The position numbers were made by a program, and so were the translations under genes. From Oculina patagonica (taxonomy: Eukaryota): a stretch of 64,000 nt of DNA. The stretch covers positions 41,664,001 through 41,728,000 of the forward strand of contig NC_135759.1 in the NCBI RefSeq assembly GCF_052425735.1, written 5' to 3'. Each line of letters begins with the position of its first letter. Positions within the stretch are counted from its first letter, which is position 1. The notes beneath the pieces were generated by a model. That model had not been told where the DNA came from, searched no databases, and saw only the letters and a program-made list of their open reading frames with translations. Shown here one piece after another: positions 60,401 through 64,000 of the stretch.

Positions 60401-62254
60401 AATAATGAAGTTACAAAAAATAAATAAATAAATAAATTTACACTCGCACAGGGCTACTTAACAATAATATTGAACTTAATTTTTGCATTAAGCTTGTTCT
60501 GGCTGCAGAACATTTACTAACTTTTCCCATTTTTTAAAGTGAGGAGAGAGCTTATCTCTTTTCCTGGCGATATAAAGTTCAATATTAAACACACGTCGAA
60601 TTTTGGTGAAAAATCCCGAAAAGGAAGGTGTGCTATTCTGGCATTTCATTTAAATGTAATGTTTGCCTAACAATAGTATATGATTGACCAAGAAGAAATC
60701 CTCAATAACATCGAATTTACCAAATATCAGCTCTGTTTCGGTATATGTTTTATGCTCACTTGCCCAGTGGGAATAGGCTAGCCCTGGCACAATCATTAAG
60801 TAAATACATGTACATGGCAAAAATATAGCCCACCTAAAAGGGTACCCTGGGCAAGTAGACAGGGTGCCCAGGAAGGCAGTTTACCCAGGCTGTCTAGCAT
60901 GTACTAAACACTTCAATGCATTTTTGTAAACACACATGAAAAGCTGACTCCCTCAGAGTAGCTTAGTTAGCTGGGTAACTCGCTTAGCCAGGGTGCACTA
61001 TTTCTTCATGTAAACAGGCCAGTGTGAATTGCAACCCTTTTTGAAGGATTTTGAAAATGACAAAAAAATGAGATTTCTGTACAAACTTTGTATAAGTTTA
61101 CCTGGTAATCTCTATTCGAACTCAAGCATTGTTGAATTTCACTGTACATCCCTGGGTCACCATTATTCTCCTCATCGCCATCACTAAACAGATCTTCTTC
61201 CTCTACTTGCTGATTAACGTCATTTTGACCTTGAAAATGATTCAACTCTGTGTGCCAACTGGTATCATTGTATCCTACTTGGCTTGTAGAGGGACCGCAG
61301 GCCGGAGGTATAAAAGCCAGTGGTTGTAATTCAGTTAACACATACTCATCAGACGAAGCATTTCCAGCACTCTGAGATGGCAGTAGATTATTGTCAACTG
61401 GTGACTGAACACTGAGAGGTTCTGGTACATGGTTGCTATCAGGGATAGAAAGAGTTTCATTGTTTCTACTCAATGATGATTGCTCTCCAACACCTTCACC
61501 TTTAAATACTGCCTCTGGACTGGGAATTTTGCTCTTCTGTTTAAGAAATGCACAGATAGAATTGAACATGTAAGTGCACAATGTACATGTACAGTACGAT
61601 AATATAAGACTACAGTTGAACCCTGTTATTTTGAACTGCCAGGGGAAAAATAGTTTTACCAACCTGCTTGCTCTTGCTTGGCCAAGATTTTTAAATAAAC
61701 CCCTCTCATACCCAGGTCTCCAGATACCCAGGTTTTGTAGACACCAGTCCACAAACAGACATTCAAACATGGTCCCATGGTTTGTACCGTACAGCTTGTA
61801 CATGTAAATAATAATAGACCTGCCAACTCTCACGTATTATGCAAAATATCGATCTCACGCATACAGGTCAATTTCTCACGCCTGACTGACAAATTTGGAT
61901 TTTTTACTCTCAAAACCCATTAAATGTCAACTCATCTTAATTTTGGCCACAATATATCCCAAAAATGAGCATTGTTATTCGTGTTTGAGTCAATTTCATG
62001 CACTGCGGCAATGTTTGAAAATCGTCAGATCATCTTTGGTACTTTTCGTCAATGCTTGGAAGTTGTCTGAACATCTTCAGGAATCTCCGGAAATAGTCGG
62101 ACCATCTTCGGAAAATATGGAGATGGAAATCTCACGTCCTTGACTTAGGACGAGTTAGCAGGTATATAGATAAAAAAAAGTGTTTTTTTTTTATCACTTA
62201 CTAGGGCTGAACCACAATTCAGATTCTGATACTGCAAGTTGTTGGAAGTCACAC
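37729..62254 (-). CDS. SNAPC4: snRNA-activating protein complex subunit 4 (SNAP190), Myb-repeat protein; first coding exon not found (probably beyond the window)
   Basis: Phase-consistent exons: 62254-62202, 61536-61102, 60053-59991, 59275-59174, 58928-58853, 57707-57626, 57162-57076, 56704-56635, 55544-55386, 49167-49100, 48467-48394, 47928-47825, 47068-46974, 45444-45350, 44697-44612, 43116-43021, 42193-42164, 41421-41155, 40935-40762, 40080-37729. SNAP190-like motifs: CLSSNRDYQLAILDELERIELALAKNREQQ, FANPYFKD..GPPDNDDT, successive Myb repeats (WTKEEDK, WTPEDD, WYDDED, GRSGPQCRERW, WTKEQD, RTDNQCWRRW), and C-terminal LLLQAFSID and YKMLSSRFNSLLLWPALLS. Confidence 0.9.
41629..42148. mobile_element. 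TA-flanked MITE with TACCTTATT TIRs
   Basis: TACCTTATTATAGGAAATTAACGC / GCGTTTATTTCCTGCAATAAGGTA; many internal CGCGTTAATTT motifs. Confidence 0.7.
42739..42784 (+). ncRNA. Minimal type I hammerhead ribozyme motif (Penelope-like element terminal remnant)
   Basis: CTGATGA (42746-52), stem II GGCT/AGCC, GAAAC-GTC with predicted cleavage after C42777; weak stem I TTTTTAA/TTGGAAA. Confidence 0.6.
43192..43519. mobile_element. TA-flanked MITE with TACCGTAAAATTCC TIRs
   Basis: Terminal inverted repeats and repeated GGGCTTATA motifs. Confidence 0.8.
43693..43990. mobile_element. Inverted-repeat element
   Basis: ATAGCCCTTTCGTTTCTCTTAGCCGGCT..GGGCTCTGGGGACA at the left is mirrored by TGTCCCCAGAGCCC..AGCCGGCTAAGAGAAACGAAAGGGCTAT at the right. 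Confidence 0.7.
44725..45045 (-). mobile_element. tRNA-derived Nin-like SINE with a nested ~62-bp Academ-like mini-element (44758-44819)
   Basis: Minus strand: AATGGTTAAAGCGCTGGACTCTGG..GAGTTCAAGCCC head, GTGTATAAATAGGTACC core, GGACTAGCATCCCATCCAGGGGGAGT..AATACTCCTAGT. Confidence 0.65.
45488..46037 (+). repeat. Minisatellite, 11 x 50 bp, G-quadruplex motif in most units
   Basis: Unit CTTGCAGCTGTATTTTCAGTGGGTTGGGGGTAGGGAGGGGATTTAAAGGA; units 6 and 9 are variant. Confidence 0.97.
46614..46693. mobile_element. 80-bp AcademH-type mini-element
   Basis: TAGCC..GGCTA termini with perfect 9-bp TSD AAAGCCACG. Confidence 0.75.
49221..49725. mobile_element. MITE with TACCGTATTTATTCGATTAAG-type TIRs and GGGCGCTTATT subrepeats
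   Basis: Imperfect TIRs, internal ~50-bp tandem units; a second, left-truncated copy lies at 54022-54418. Confidence 0.8.
49897..53476. mobile_element. Fold-back-like element carrying a 36-bp satellite array
   Basis: 55-bp inverted ends (49907-49961 / 53411-53465, 49/55 identical), possible 9-bp TSD GCTACTTTC, internal inverted satellite copies and palindromes. Confidence 0.6.
51150..53343. repeat. Tandem satellite, 36-bp unit with 28-bp variants, about 2.2 kb
   Basis: CGTAGAGCCGTAGAAGCGTAGAGTTTAGAATGAAAA, built from 8-bp subunits; higher-order duplications with periods of about 352 and 300 bp. Confidence 0.97.
54022..54418. mobile_element. Truncated copy of the 49221-49725 MITE family
   Basis: Shared internal sequence and right TIR GCTTAATCGAATAAATACGGTA. 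Confidence 0.75.
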
Positions 62255-62422
62255 CTATGAACAGAAATGTGTTAGAAATTAAGTTAAAAAAAACTCTGTA
62301 CACATGTAGCATTGAGTAGTATGTGCACTACAAGTTCCCAAATATGTTCTTGAATTTCGACGTGGAAACACAGCGAAGATGCCTTGTACACAAAATGCTG
62401 ATAATAAATATTTTAATGGTAA

Positions 62423-62705
62423 TGCACCTATCAATGTTAAGCCCGAGGGGGGGGGGGTCGGGCAAGGGGTGGGGATTTTGACATTTTCTATAAAAAAAAG
62501 TCAAATTCCCCACCCCCGGGACAAAATAATTGGTCAAAATCCCCACCCGGGAGCAATGAAAGGTGGTCAGATGTCCTTCAAACCTTGTTGCAGGGGATCA
62601 TATACGACCAAAATCCCTACCCTGGGGACCGACCTCACGATCAAAATCCCGTGGTTAGCCCGACCCCCCCCCCCCCCCCACTCGGGCTTAACATTGATAG
62701 GTGCA
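62423..62705. mobile_element. PIF/Harbinger-like MITE (TAA TSD)
   Basis: TGCACCTATCAATGTTAAGCCCGAG TIRs, TAA on both sides. Confidence 0.85.
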
Positions 62706-62778
62706 TAATATGTCGTTATTTAAGAATGGACAGCAGACCACCTCACAAAATTGTAAATGACAGGAACATCCAATTAAG

Positions 62779-64000
62779 TAGCCTGCGTGGCCGGCGTTCG
62801 AAGGGGAGGGAGAAGGGAAGTTCGAGCGCGAAGCGCGAGCGTTTGGGATTGGGAAGGGTATCGCCTGCCTTGGCGCTATTGTTTTTTTCATTCCGCCCCC
62901 TACTTAACATGCGATCTGTTTCATGTCTGGCTGTCAAAATTATCCAATCAATTTTCAAATTTATATTTGAATCATGTGGTGCCAACATTACGCAACGAAC
63001 AAAGGAGGTTAAAAATCCTAAAAATCGAGCTTGAAAGACAGAGCGCTCGATCAAAATAATGCAAGAAGCATAGCCTTTACAACACAGAATGTCTCTCTGA
63101 AACCAACTTTCAGCTTTTTCATAGTAAAGCTGAAACAGTCTCTGGCTAAGTCGGACAAACAGTATTGATTAAAATGCCGGGCCCGGCGTCAATAAAATGC
63201 AAATAGTTTACATTTTCACGGAACATTTCAGATCTTGTCCTTCCAGGGCGAACATTTTGAGAGCCTAAAGCATATCTTGCAAATAGAATTGAGCCAAAAC
63301 AAACTGAACTAGCACAACATGTGGCAGAGTACAGATTTAGAGGTGTCATTCAACTCGACAAACGGAAACCACGCAGCGCGGACTAATGACCTCTAGACAC
63401 TTAGATGGCCACAATCTTACGGCTCTATCGATTCAATACATCAAGCCTCCAAATAATAACAGTACCCTCTGAAAAAGTCAGAAGCAAAAAAGGTCGAAAG
63501 ACCGAACTCAACATAAAACGGCAAAGGTTACAAATGTCACGAACGTAGGAGTCGTGTCGGCCCGTCACCTTTATTTACCATAACCAGAAGACCAGTGAAG
63601 TTCCCGCTTCAAGCAGTTCTTGTCATCAACACAAGAAGTTGGAAAATAAGACTTTTTCCAAAACCAGTCGGAAGGACAGCGAGAAGGTCCTTTCTTCTGT
63701 TCCTCTTTGAGTACAATGTTTCCTCCGTTTTCGCTCAAAGAAGAAAGAGCTTCACCAAGATATCCTTCAAAACACGCATCATCGCAATCGTCCGCCATGT
63801 TGAATGTAAATTGAGAACAGGCCTTGAGTCCCATGAGTCCCTTCTGACCAATCAGAATAATTTATTTTGCCCTTTTGTCCCGCTAACCAATCACGATTTT
63901 TGCGTCCAGAATCTGGACGTAAAAAACGAAAAAAACAATAGCGCCAAGGCAGGCGTCTCCTTTCCCCCTACCCCCGCGATCCCAAACGATCGCGCTTCGC
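62779..64000. mobile_element. Academ(H)-type transposon derivative, right TIR running off the window
   Basis: Starts TAGCCTGCG; 62830-62890 is inversely repeated at 63930-64000; carries a helicase remnant. Confidence 0.75.
63571..63798 (-). pseudogene. Frameshifted RecQ-like SF2 helicase N-terminal fragment (transposon cargo)
   Basis: MADD..LKEEQK, then in a shifted frame KDLLAVLPTGFGKSLIFQLL (helicase motif I / Walker A), followed by a stop. Confidence 0.75.

Noticed and set aside
61537-61833. N-terminal part of the 275-aa ORF as the SNAPC4 start
   Set aside because: Upstream of the acceptor at 61537 the ORF runs through MITE-derived intron sequence.

Overview
AT-rich, intron- and repeat-rich eukaryotic genomic DNA. 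The repeat families and gene architecture suggest a cnidarian, probably a stony coral (inference, not verified). Two multi-exon genes lie on the minus strand. The first is a class I bHLH E-protein (daughterless/TCF3-TCF4-TCF12 ortholog) with its ATG at 26580, running to or past the left edge. The second is SNAPC4/SNAP190 (Myb-repeat subunit of SNAPc), traced from 62254 to the stop at 37729, with its first coding exon not found. The most notable signal is a pair of tandemly duplicated, phase-incompatible exons (1197-1095 and 1043-956) separated by only 51 nt. They encode alternative helix1+loop segments of the bHLH domain, i.e. a mutually exclusive splicing switch analogous to, but built differently from, vertebrate E12/E47. 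Introns and the 11-kb intergenic spacer hold many MITEs and SINEs, AcademH-type elements (9-bp TSDs, RecQ-helicase remnant), a minimal Penelope-type hammerhead ribozyme, a G-quadruplex minisatellite and a 3.6-kb satellite-bearing fold-back element. No prokaryotic features or CRISPR. Most ORFs in the supplied track are spurious.
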